Below the pieces are notes generated by a model. It saw only the letters and a program-made list of their open reading frames with translations. It did not search any database and was not told the DNA's origin. From assembly GCA_023515795.1 (NCBI GenBank), contig JALGPX010000040.1, forward strand, positions 1 through 64,000: a DNA stretch of 64,000 nucleotides. Direction: 5' to 3'. Positions within the stretch are counted from its first letter, which is position 1; every line of letters starts with the position of its first letter. This document shows, in pieces, positions 1 to 11,300 of the stretch. The DNA comes from Amoeboaphelidium occidentale. Taxonomy: Eukaryota. The position numbers and the translations under genes are program-made.

Positions 1-366
1 AATCAGTTGAAAATACTCAAAAGGTTCCATTTTGTGTGGATCCAAACCAGAAGGAACTTTAAAGTATGAATTGCGAGCGATACAGTTGCCTCTTTCTTCC
101 TGAGACATCGGTTCAAACTGGCAAATATCAGGAAAACGGCTTTGGTTGTGTCTTGTAGTAGACTGGCCTGCAATGCTTCCTCTTGAACCGACTTGGGCAT
201 TTGGATTAATATTCTCACTAAAGCTTCATTAGGCACTGAATAACTACCAAACTTACCGCTCAGGAACATAGCTTGACTCAGAGGAACAATCAATGTCAAC
301 ATTCAGTTGCGCAGCTAATGTCTTGACGCAAATTCTGGTTGGTCTCTGTGTATTCGTTTGCTCCAT
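1..366 (-). CDS. Spliced ORF running off the window start; N-terminus weakly resembles piggyBac-type (DDE_Tnp_1_7) transposases
   Basis: ATG at 366 and a GT-AG intron at about 256-218 give MEQTNTQRPTRICVK...FKVPSGLDPHKMEPFEYFQLI, open to the window edge. The 'P-x-(D/E)-Y-F-x-L' pattern recalls the start of the PGBD domain. No TIR was found. Confidence 0.35.
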
Positions 367-720
367 TTGCGCAAAAAAGAATTTTTGTTATGAAACATGG
401 GGGGATTTTCTAAGTGTGTTNCAAATATCAGGAAAACGGCTTTGGTTGTGTCTTGTAGTAGACTGGCCTGCAACGCTTTCTCTTGAACCGATTTGGGCAT
501 TTGGATTAATAAGCTCATTAAAGCTTCATTAGGCACTGAATAACTACCAAACTTACCGCTCAGGAACATAGCTTGACTCAGAGGAACAATCAATGTCAAC
601 ATTCAGTTGCGCAGCTAATGTCTTGACGCAAATTCTGGTTGGTCTCTGTGTATTCGTTTGCTCCATTTGCGCAAAAAAGAATTTTTGTTATGAAACATGG
701 GGGGATTTTCTAAGTGTGTT
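122..720. repeat. 299-bp tandem duplication (122-420 / 422-720) around a single N; probably an unmerged contig overlap of two alleles or copies
   Basis: Copies are near-identical with a few substitutions (caatgcttcc vs caacgctttc; attctcacta vs aagctcatta) and are joined by the N at 421. Confidence 0.85.
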
Positions 721-830
721 TGTTTTTTTTGGCAACTATAGAGTCCAAAAAGTTTGATTTTTGCGAAAAATCGCGTTTCTATTAAGTGTGATTGGCCGTT
801 ATTTGGTGCAAACATCAAGTAAGAGATATA

Positions 831-2255
831 TTACTCTGAATTGTCAGTATCTGAACTTGCGAATAAGTTGCTTCTGATGATATAGCTTTGGAGAATCGCC
901 ATCATTGTTCTGCTATTAGGGCTACTCTTGACAACTTCATCGAAACCACCATAATCACTTATAACCACAGAAAGATCTGCCCCACTATCGAGTAAAGCTT
1001 CTACGCACGACCCAGATCCTACACTTATGGCCTGCTTTAGCAATTGCTGCCTGTTGATTTGAACCAAATGCTTCTGCCGCTCCAATATAATTTCAAGCGC
1101 TGGAGCACAATCATATTTGATGGCATAAAACCATTCAGGCAGAAAAGAAACCCCTTCCTGCAACAAGTATTTAACAATCGGCGGTCTGCACGCTTCCAAA
1201 TTTTTGGCGAGAAGATAGCCGCCGCTCACATTCAGGTTCGCTCCCATCGCATGTAATGTTTTGATCATCACAAGCTGGTCTGCAGAAGAAGCTGCATACA
1301 ATGGCTCCTCATCATTAAAATGAAGATCTGCGTGATACTTCTTGAATAGTGTCATCGCTGCAACGTTGCTCGTTCTTGCAGTGAATAATATCAAATTAGA
1401 CAAATTTCCAGCATCAGACTCATAGCCTCGATTAGGATCAAATCCGTACTTGAGTAAAAGCTCGACAGCATCATCGTGTTTTCCTAACACCGCATTTCTC
1501 ATAAGGAAGCCGTGTCTGGTATGAGGTGATAGACCAAAATCCAGCAAAATTTTTAGATAGTCCTTGTTTTGGACCAAAATGTTAATGAACCTTTGGGATA
1601 AAAGTTCTCTTGAGGAATGAGTGTCGAGATTAACACCATAAGACAGCATATGAGTGACTTCTTGAAAGTTTTGAACCAGAACAGCCTTGTGAAATCTCTG
1701 GATAAGGTTTGAAATCGTTAAAGATGAAGTATTATGTGGGCATTTCACGTCGAATTCTTTGATGAAATCTGTAATGTTCTTATCGCTTGCCAATGTCCCA
1801 TAACAGGCAACAGATTCAAGATACTTTGTGCTTACACCTTTGCGCAAAGCACGATGCGCCTCTTCAAACATGCCACTATAAACGTATGAACGCACTAAAT
1901 GCGCTCCGTAGTCTTTCAATAGCAATTTCTCAACTTCAGACTTGAACTCGGCGCAGTATTTATCTGCAATTCCATTACGATCAATGATCTTCTTTAGTGT
2001 AAGCCCAAACTCAGACACCAGGATTTTGGCGCGTACCTTCACGTTCTTTGTATGATCGCATACCAGTGAGGGACTCATAAATGCCAAGTTTAGATTAGAA
2101 GCTCCATCAATATTCAAGTTCTTGTAGATTTCAGACAGCAATGATACATCCAAAGATACCAAAGACGTGTTACTTTCAGGCACTTCTGCAGTTTTATAAG
2201 ATGCTGCATTAGATAGTAATACCAGTGCAGCTATCAGCAAAAGTGATATAATCAT
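831..2255 (-). CDS. Secreted ankyrin-repeat protein (474 aa)
   Basis: Hydrophobic signal peptide MIISLLLIAALVLLSNAAS. The C-terminal half has ankyrin-like repeats (NAVLGKHDDAVELLLKYGFDPN, PLYAASSADQLVMIKTLHAMGANLN, AISVGSGSCVEALLDSGAD). Intronless. Confidence 0.8.
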   Translation of the reverse strand: MIISLLLIAALVLLSNAASYKTAEVPESNTSLVSLDVSLLSEIYKNLNIDGASNLNLAFMSPSLVCDHTKNVKVRAKILVSEFGLTLKKIIDRNGIADKYCAEFKSEVEKLLLKDYGAHLVRSYVYSGMFEEAHRALRKGVSTKYLESVACYGTLASDKNITDFIKEFDVKCPHNTSSLTISNLIQRFHKAVLVQNFQEVTHMLSYGVNLDTHSSRELLSQRFINILVQNKDYLKILLDFGLSPHTRHGFLMRNAVLGKHDDAVELLLKYGFDPNRGYESDAGNLSNLILFTARTSNVAAMTLFKKYHADLHFNDEEPLYAASSADQLVMIKTLHAMGANLNVSGGYLLAKNLEACRPPIVKYLLQEGVSFLPEWFYAIKYDCAPALEIILERQKHLVQINRQQLLKQAISVGSGSCVEALLDSGADLSVVISDYGGFDEVVKSSPNSRTMMAILQSYIIRSNLFASSDTDNSE

Positions 2256-2429
2256 GCTTCCGACAAGAAATTTTCAGGGGCTCAAACCAGCAGGCCAACA
2301 AAAGGAGAGCTCCCCTACAATTCTTACGAGCACCAGAAATGAATTTAACATGGACTGGATGGTAGAGGCGCTGATGTATCTGTTTAGAGGTTGAAACAGC
2401 CTATCTGGTTCTTTTCACTCATTGACGGC

Positions 2430-2830
2430 ATGGCTCTCGAAAAGGATCTTAAAATCAAAACAGGAATAGTCACGAGACTCTACAAAGAATACTACGCGTA
2501 CCTCAAAGAAGAGGAAACCCAAAAGAAAAGAATAGAACGTATTAAATCTGAGGGCGCAGATGAGCATGACATTAGGAAACAGGTAAATCTGAATCATGCC
2601 GTAACACTTTCAGTATGAAGTTCTGCAGGAGACAGAAGTCATGATTCCAGACTGTAAGAAAAGGCTACAAAAGGCCAAATTCGAATTAGAAAAGTTACTC
2701 GTAATATTTCCAGCATTTAGCAATCAAGCTAACCCTAATTTGTTAGAATGCGAACGAGACGTTCCTAAACGGCAAGGAAGAACTACAGGAAGCCAAAGAT
2801 GCGCTACAGAAGGCTGAAGAAATCCAATAA
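2430..2830 (+). CDS. TBCA: Tubulin-specific chaperone A (cofactor A / Rbl2), 107 aa, 3 exons
   Basis: LKIKTGIVTRLYKEY...EHDIRKQ|YEVLQETEVMIPDCKKRL. Introns 2583-2613 and 2701-2746 restore the frame; TAA ends at 2830. Confidence 0.93.
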
Positions 2831-2838
2831 AAATCTGT

Positions 2839-3615
2839 TTATTCGATTCTCAGGGCATCCATAAGCTCTTGCATGTGAGATAATTCCTTCTTGTCTTGAA
2901 CCAAATCGAATTCCTTTGCAAAAGACACTACATGACTAACCAAAGTGTTCCAGTGTCCTTCCATTTCCAGATGGAGGATCTTATCATAGTGTGCGAAATA
3001 GACGTGTGCAAATAATCGAAAGTAATGCTTAAATATCTGCTTTACCACGACATCGAAGTCCTTTGGAAAGTCCATGCCTTGTTTCGTAGGGAAAACGCTT
3101 TCATCTTCGATGATATTTTGGATTTGGGTGAACATGAAGTCGATGTATTGTGGTGCTGATACTCTGCTGGACTTCTTGTTTGAGTCAATCCATTGGAATT
3201 CCGTGCTAAGAATTACTTGTTTCAACTCAGCACAACGATTACTTGTTAAGCCCATTCATAACTGGGCATGTTGTCGGTGTGCAGAATTCTGATATCGACC
3301 CGTAAAGGGCATTTAAGTGAGTAAAGAAGTCAAAGGCTACCAATTATCATTCCTCACTTTGCATCCAATGACTTACTATTTACAGCTATCCATTCTTCCT
3401 TAAAATCGCTCATGTGTGCCGGCAACTGAGTAACGTTTTTAAAACTTCCAGTTACCAAAGAGTTGTCTACGAAGGGAGAACAGAGGTATAATGGCTTTGA
3501 AGCAGACTTGCTCTTCCTTCCGCTAATGATCTTCTTGCTATATAATGAAATAAAGTCAGAAAATGATCTCTAAAAACTAAGCGTAGTGGGATTACCTCAA
3601 ATTAAAGAAGCTCAT
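2839..3615 (-). CDS. MOB2: MOB kinase activator, Mob2 subfamily (spliced, 3 introns)
   Basis: [26 protein letters not shown]...[25 protein letters not shown]...[25 protein letters not shown]. The LxxPFVxxxLVxGSFK N-terminal motif is Mob2-type. Confidence 0.88.
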
Positions 3616-3782
3616 TCGAATATGGAAAGTTTTTGGAAGTTGTCTCAAACAAAATGGAAAAGGTTCAAGCAAGAATGAGGGGATGGGACAATCTACGGAA
3701 GAATGAAAAGCAAACAATAACATCAAGTAGAAGCAGTTTGTTATATTCATGTGATCAAGATATTGCCCTCTTTCTCAACGTT

Positions 3783-4975
3783 TTACGTGTACTTCTGGAT
3801 AATCACAGCATTCTTCAATCCCAATGTTTCTATCGTAGAGTTCTCGTCTGTTAAAGGCTTCACAGGAAATTGAGTTTGTAAAATGAATGCACGTTGATCC
3901 GAACGACTTGCTTTTATAAACTGGATAATATCTGATAGTTTGTGAGTAACATTGAACTTTGCCACCATTCTACGCGATAAATTGGTAAGTATAGAAACAT
4001 TTACCTTGTTCCATCAGCTAGTCTAATTTGAATAGAAGTTGTTGGAACACTTTCATCAATTACCAAGTTAGGTCTAGGCTGAGCAGATGAAGAAACAGAT
4101 GGAGGAGCAGTGTAAGATGGAACATGGCTTCCTAAACGACGACCTTCTCCTTCGAATGCAACAATCTTCTTTGCAGGTGGAACATAATCTTCATCTCTGC
4201 GTTGTGAAACTTTGACTTCTGCTCTTTGACCGTATTTCACTTTAAACAATTCCATTGGGGCTCTTCCAGACTGTATTGCATTCAGTAGCGTCTGATTTGC
4301 AGGATCGTCATATCTTAACAGAGGGCCATCTTCAATCGTGAAACCATTCCTCCAGAATGTCATATGGCGTTCCACATTCTCTAATTCTGGTGATTGAGGT
4401 TGTGACCCTGTGTTTGAGGATGATTCTGGAACAGCAGCATTATCTTCAGCGCCCAACTTACGCCCTGCACCAGTGAAATACTTTTTCTTTTGCTGATTTG
4501 CCCGTTGTTCCTCGTTTTCCCTGATTGCTTCCTCAGAAGCTTTCTTTGCCTTTGCCAGAATTTGATCAACGATACTCTTCTCGTCCATAGGCATGTTATC
4601 TCCTTCACCTTCTTCTTCTTCATCGTCGTCGTCCGGCGTATCTTCGACCATCATTCCGGAAGATGCCCCTCCAGTGTATTGACGCTGTTTCTCCTTCTTT
4701 GGATCAACCATAGGCTGCTTCTTAATGCCTCCCAATGTTCTGATGTTCCCTGCGCCACCAGAAGCAGATGAGCCACCAGTAGTTTCAAAGTAAGTCGAAG
4801 TTGCTCGCTATCATCACAATTAACAACTTTCTGCTTTAAAACACAAAATTACCTGAACATCATAAGAAGCTGCATCAAGGAAGAATTCTGCCTGCTTTTC
4901 TGAGGCTCCAGTGACATCCACAAATTGTTTTACTAAATTCTTTTGTTCGTCTGTTAATGGCGGTGGTGCAGACAT
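3783..4975 (-). CDS. SHP1: p97/Cdc48 cofactor p47 (UBA-SEP-UBX; Shp1/NSFL1C), 2 introns
   Basis: N-terminal UBA-like exon (QFVDVTGASEKQAEFFL), YTGGASSGM, SEP domain (FWRNGFTIEDGPLLRYDDPAN), SHP box FEGEGRRLG, and UBX domain (TTSIQIRLADGTR...FNVTH...FPVKPL). Confidence 0.93.
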
Positions 4976-5353
4976 TTCGAATCTTGTTTCAAGTCACAAA
5001 AACAAGAAGTAGTTGAGCTGTCCAAGAATATCGCAAACGATTCCGCGTAAAAAGGCCGAGAGGAAAATTAGATGATACTTTCCTTTTAGGTGCTAAACTA
5101 AACCTGATATTCCCTGGGTTGTGCTTGGATGTAGATTCCCGGAAGCATGTAGATTACCGTAACTGTGATGATCATACTTGTTGAACATTTTGTAGCGTTT
5201 CAGGTGCACATCATCCCCCGTGTTCCGTAATTATTCAGCTTTATCCGGTTGCTTCATAGTCTTTTCTCGTGGCAACTTTCATTTGCGGTTGCAGTCGCTG
5301 GTGCCAATTGCGTCAAACTTCTTGAGACATCGTTTGAAGTTCAATTCTGCGCA

Positions 5354-8300
5354 ATGAACCGAAAGAACACAGCTGATTTCAGCCCCCACTCGCAGTCATT
5401 GACCTCCACTCCTTCGCCATCAGCCAGCCCCGTTCCAAGGCAGGCCAAGCCAAAGACATCTCTGACACATCAAAAGACTTCATCTTCAAATAAGAACAAG
5501 CAACCTTCTGAATATGCAATCCAATTGATATTTGCTGAGTTCATTAAAGTAGCTGAAACAGTCCTAGCGAGGATTATGACGACTGATATCGACGCAGACA
5601 TTGATCTGTCTGAGTACTTGAGGAAGGGTGCAAATGAGAACTTTGATCTTATTCTGGATACCCTTGGAGTTGTGGCTAAGCATAGACCCAGAATTGTTAT
5701 CGATGCTGTTATGCTCTGGCGTAAATCGAAGAGCGACCCTGTGGATCCTAACGAGATAAAAGACCATTACAAAGGGGTCATAACCTCCCAAAAGATCAAA
5801 GAACTACAAACCAATTTACGGGAGAGACAAATGTTGGCTGCTAATTTCATTATGTGTCGATGCTTACTTGAGATTGTTAAAAGATTGGCTGATAATGGTC
5901 TCCCAAAGGAACTTGGTAATAATTTGGAGGAAATGGTATTTGGTCAGTTAAAAGCGGCTGATCCTGAATCGTTCAATGACTCTGCGAACCGTATACGCAA
6001 CGTGGATTTGTTCGCTGAGCTGTTGGGTCATTTATCAAGCATCAGATTTCAATCTGTCACTGAAAGATACTTTCGTGACATTGAAAATACCAACGCTATC
6101 CAGAAAGATTCAAAGTTGGAAGTTCTCATCAGAAGTATGAGATTTATTCACTTGAAGATTTACCCACAGGAAGATTTGGATCAAACAGTTGAGTTCTTTC
6201 AAGAATTATCAGATTCTTTCAAAGATGCTCACAGTACTGGAATCAAACACGCTTTTTGTGAGAGTATTACAGAATTATTGACCCCGCTTGGTGGATTAGT
6301 AACAGCTGAAGTGAATATTCCAGTCTGGATGAAGTCCGTTGATGCGATATTTCAGAAAGCAATGAAAATGATGAGCAAGCAAAGAAATGTTTATGTCGCA
6401 TTACCACTTGCAACAACAATGCTCCTTATAAGCAAAAGGGATTTCTTCCTCAGTAAATGGGTATCTGTATTGGAAATGCTTTTCTCGAGGTTGAAAGATA
6501 AGACTCATAAGCAAGTTTTGATGGATTGTGTTGAGAGATTAATTTGGACGTACATTTTCAGATGTTCTGAGGCTATCACAGTTACACAGAAAAAGCTTGA
6601 TTTTTTTATCAAGCAAATGTTTCCGCCTGGAAAGAAATACATCATTCCTTCGGAAGTTCCCTTTGATTATTTCGTCAGCATTATCAGATATATTACATTG
6701 CGACATCTTGACTACTCCATCAAGAATATCATATTCTACTTGTTTTCTTTAGATTCTCCGCTTAGCTCTTATGATCAGCTGTCGCCTGAAAGGGTCATGA
6801 TAGCACTCAAAGTATTCGCCGCTATTCTAGATTCCGAAGAAAATGAAGTACCCAAGTTTCCCTGGGCAGGTTTGCGTTGTCCTGCAGGGGATAGTGCATC
6901 TGACGAAGAAAAACAATCGAAAGAGGCTAAGGCAAAGAAAGGCCCTACTCTTGAAAGGAAATTGAAGGATGCAGTTGAGAAAATTTCTTCCTTTCTGGGT
7001 AAAGTAATCAGAGTTTTAGACAACCAGTTTGGAAGCGTTCTACTCGTTGATGAAAAAATGTTTGGAAGGTTCAGTACATTATCATTTGCATCCACTATTA
7101 GTGCAACTGCTGGAACTGCTTATTCAAATACAATGTCTGATATTTCGTCCATTCTGAGCAAAGACAAACAGCCTTATTATGATCTAATGAAGACATGGAT
7201 GCAGTTATATCCTAGATTAGAGCCAACAGATATAGGTGAGAGGGAAGTTGTTGAGTTGCTCTGCAAATACATTCTTCACGCGGATCCTGATATATCAGCT
7301 GAGGCCCAGAACGCATTATTGAGGTTTCAAGAGAAGTATCCCAAAAAACAGAGTATTCTGTTGCAATGCCTAAGTTCCATCCTTTTGAGTGTTTCAGACA
7401 AGTTCCCTGAGCTTGTTGAGCGCATGATTGTATTCTACGTTCAAGTCAGTACAAATTGGATATACTCTGCCAAAAACACTAAAGCAACCGCGAAAAATGA
7501 TGAGGAATGGGAATGCATGCTTTTGGGTGAAAATTACAAAACAATATCTGGCTCCTCTGTCGAATCTTCAAATGCTTCGTTGTATCTTTGGAGTAGGTTG
7601 CAAGAATTTGAATCGATAGGTTTATTGTTTCTTTTGAGTTCTCTTCCATCGATAAGAAAACTTGCAATTGGTATCCTCAGGTTGAGCGAAGAAATGTATA
7701 CCTTTTTCATAAGCTCAAAGACCGGTAGAACCAATGATACATGTCTCTTTACTGTTTTGAAACGAATAGGAAGAAAGGTACTGAGTCACAATTTGGAGGA
7801 TTACACCAACGTCTTAAGCGTTTATTTAGATAGACAAGATGATCCTGATTTCATAGAAAACGTGGCATCCAGCTCCTCGGCATCAGATCAACATGTTTGG
7901 TCCAAGATATTCCCGTATGTTCTTACCGAATTATTTGCAACATGCGCTTCTACAATGGATACAACTTTTGGAATGGTTTCTCCAAGATTCTTGGGACTTC
8001 ATCCTCATGTACTGGCAGCGTCAGATCCAAACAAAACTCAAAACAATACCTTGACCACAAAATGGGCGTTGCGGCAGGTCATGCCAGCCACTGATGAAAT
8101 GATTGAGCAGTGGAAGTCTTATCTGGCATTCATATGCTGTTCTATTGTAAATTCTGATCCCGCATGGAAGAAAAATCAAAAAAAGAGGATAATTACTCCC
8201 ACAGGCGGAGGGATTCTCACCTCAACTTTACTCAGTAGTGGAGGATCTTCGCCAATTCCGCCTAATGCTACCCTAAGCTCTAACAATCAGACCAATGCTG

Positions 8301-11300
8301 CGACTAATTCTGGTGTTGATTTTAGCAGCTTGTCTTTCATATCAACAGCCAGCTCTTCAAGCTCAAATGGCAATAATTCTCGGATTTCGTGTGCTCAGGA
8401 AATCATTCAAATGGTTTTACCGCTTTTGTCTTCTGATAAGCAAAACATACGACAAGCCGTAGTTGTCGCTTTAGGAAACATAAACAAGATTGTTTTCAAC
8501 GATTTGATAGAAGAATTGAAACCTGGAATTCAACAAGTTATCGAGGACATGAGAAGCCGTTACATGCGTGGCTCTGTTCGGAGAATCAAGAAAATTGAGA
8601 GAATTCGAGCTGAACTTACTCAAATTCTGTTCATCTCAGCATCTGAATACATTGAGTTTGCAAGTAATGGAAAAATGAGGGATTTCCTGAACTCAAACAT
8701 TTTAACATTTATGATATCTTTCATCAGAGAGATGGGAGCATTTCTCAGCGACAACGAAGTTCAACTTGAATGGGATCACCAAATGCTTAGGTATTACTTC
8801 TGTGGTCTAGTTCAAAAAGTTTATGAAGGCATGATGTCTGTCGTTAAAGATGCTAAAGTAGTGGCAGAGGTTTTCCCTTTTGAATTAAGATTTTCGATTT
8901 TCAAGCTTCTGGAAGAATGGTGTGGATATGGTATTCGCGGCTCCTTGATGAGGGAACGTGAAGCAAAAATGGTAGTGACTGTTTTAGAACAAGTCAAAGA
9001 TGTTAGAGAGAGAGGCTCATTGACTTCAGCTATGGAAGAACAACGAATGGCTTTAGAGTTCGCGGCGTTAAAATCCATGGCTACCTTGCTGAAAGGTAGC
9101 GTATTCGCCGATTCTAGCGCTGCCTTAGAAAAATCGCCCGTTCCAGGCTTCGCCTTGCCGGCTATATTTGAATGGATTCAAAGTATTTTCTCTGGTAATG
9201 AAGAGCCCCGTCTTGATCGCATAGCCCAAGTAGCTTTAGAATCTTTGTTGTTCTACAATCAAGGCGTTGCAGATATTTGGGAGGATGTGGTTTCTTTTTG
9301 TTATCATGGTCTTCCTACTCTTTCTGTGACCAAATGCTATTTTAATGCTGTATGTGAAGTGCTTATAAGATGTATCACGCTAAATCCATCTTTGCTGGAA
9401 AGAAATGATTTGCCAAGAACGATTGTTCTTTTCCTTTTCAAGTTGGCAGATCCATTGGTCGAGACCCGTATGAGAGCTCATCAACTCTTGAGATACATTG
9501 AAAAAACTATTAATAATAATGGAACTCTCAGTAGGCCAGGAGAAAAGAATACAGAAGTTGCGTTGCTGAGTCCATCATCAACTGTTTACAAAAAGGCACA
9601 GGCGAACATTGCAAGACATTTCGCTACGGCTCATAACGGCATGCTTCATCAAATAGTCAGTCAAATATGGTTTAGACTGAAGAACGTCGAGAACAATGTT
9701 GTTTTACAAGACTTGTTGAACATTCTACCGCCATGGCTAGAAAATATGGAGTTGAAAATTGAGTCATCAACGGTTGTGAATCCTTCGATGGAGAGCCAGT
9801 TATCATCGTTGCTTCTATGGAATTTGGTTTACTTTACGATAAGATTTGAACAAGAAGCTCCTCTCGACATCGAAAAGATTTGGACTACAATTTCTGCAAA
9901 GAAACATAACCTGCTGCAAATTATCCATTTTATATTTCAGCTAGGCCTAGAGAAGCGAAATGGTGCTGTATTTGCAACTATTGGCAGAAAGATAGTCTCT
10001 TTTATAGGAAGAGATGAAAATACAAAGACAAGTCTTCGTGATATACTTATCGCAGAACTTACGCCAAAATCCATGATACCAATAGTTCGAAAAGGACATG
10101 ATAATAATGGAGAACTTGCAGCGACACCTGACTTACATGCGTCTTCGCTGAAAAAGTTTCCAAATGCTGCCAATTATTACTTTGTTGCTCCGTTAGAAGA
10201 ATTAATCAGAGACACAAATGCAACTAGCTCAAAGAAAATGGCCGTTTTATCGAAAGGTCAGCTAATCATCATGCTATTAGTTGATTTTACAATTGAAAGC
10301 GGAGGAGACGTTCTGAAAATGGCTTTGCCAGTATTGCTGCATTCGATTTTTGTTCAGCTAGATCATTTCAATCAGCTGTCAAGAGATCACGCAAGATTGC
10401 TTTTGAGAAGTTTGGTTCATTCTTTGGGTCGAATCCGAGATCCTGCATTAATTGAAAGGTTAAAGAAGCCTCTAGTTGCAACTGGACAATCTAACATAAT
10501 CGTTAACAAATTTCCCTCCGAATTGGAGGAGATTTTGAAATCGGTTCTTTTGGAGTTTGATTTAGATTGTTGGAATGGTTCATCGCTGAAATCTGAATGG
10601 AGTGAGAAAGCTATCAAGTGGGCTACAAGCTGTCCTGTGAGGCATGTCGCTTGCCGTTCATTACAGCTCTTTCAAATCATGGAACCAAAACTTACGGTCA
10701 AAATCATGGCGGATGTTCTTGCTAGATTATCAAACACAATTTCAGATCAGAACAAAGACGTTCAAATGTTTTCTGTTGAAATAATGAAAACGATTCGTGT
10801 AGCTCTGGATTTAAAACTCGAGCAAAACAAAGATGAAATAATTGACATGATTGTGTCATCCATAATGTATTCCATGCAAAGCTGTTCAAAGGACGAGTTT
10901 AAGGAATGCTGTTTGCTCCTATTGAAATGTCTTGAAACTTTAAATGGCAGCTTCTATGAGCTCTTCATTCATTTTCAGCGAAAGGATGATTCAGAAAATG
11001 CAAAGTTTGTCGGTGTTCAGAATATGCTGATTAAGGGCTTTCTGTGGGAAGAAACAGAAACGTTATGTCTGACTTTGTTTGAAAAGATGATTAGCACCAA
11101 TTTAGATAAAAACGCTGACAGGATCGGATATTACAAGTTCCTCGATAACAACGGAAATAAGAGTAGATTCTTTCGGCTTTTGCTTGCTTTGTCGCCTTTT
11201 CTGTTGGAACTTGATGGAGAAGAACAACAAGCAAAGTGGGGCAGTTTAATCAAGGCTTATTTGGAATCGAACTTTTCGCCCGCAGATACCATACATGAAG

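Noticed and set aside
122..720. Apparent real tandem repeat / duplicated ORFs in the track
   Set aside because: The copies abut an N, and the same pattern recurs at all four N sites, so it is most likely unmerged contig overlap. The track ORFs here are not the spliced reading frame.
2729..2738. ctaaccctaa, resembling a telomerase template or telomeric repeat
   Set aside because: It is a single 10-mer at the branch-point position of TBCA intron 2, with no array or RNA context.
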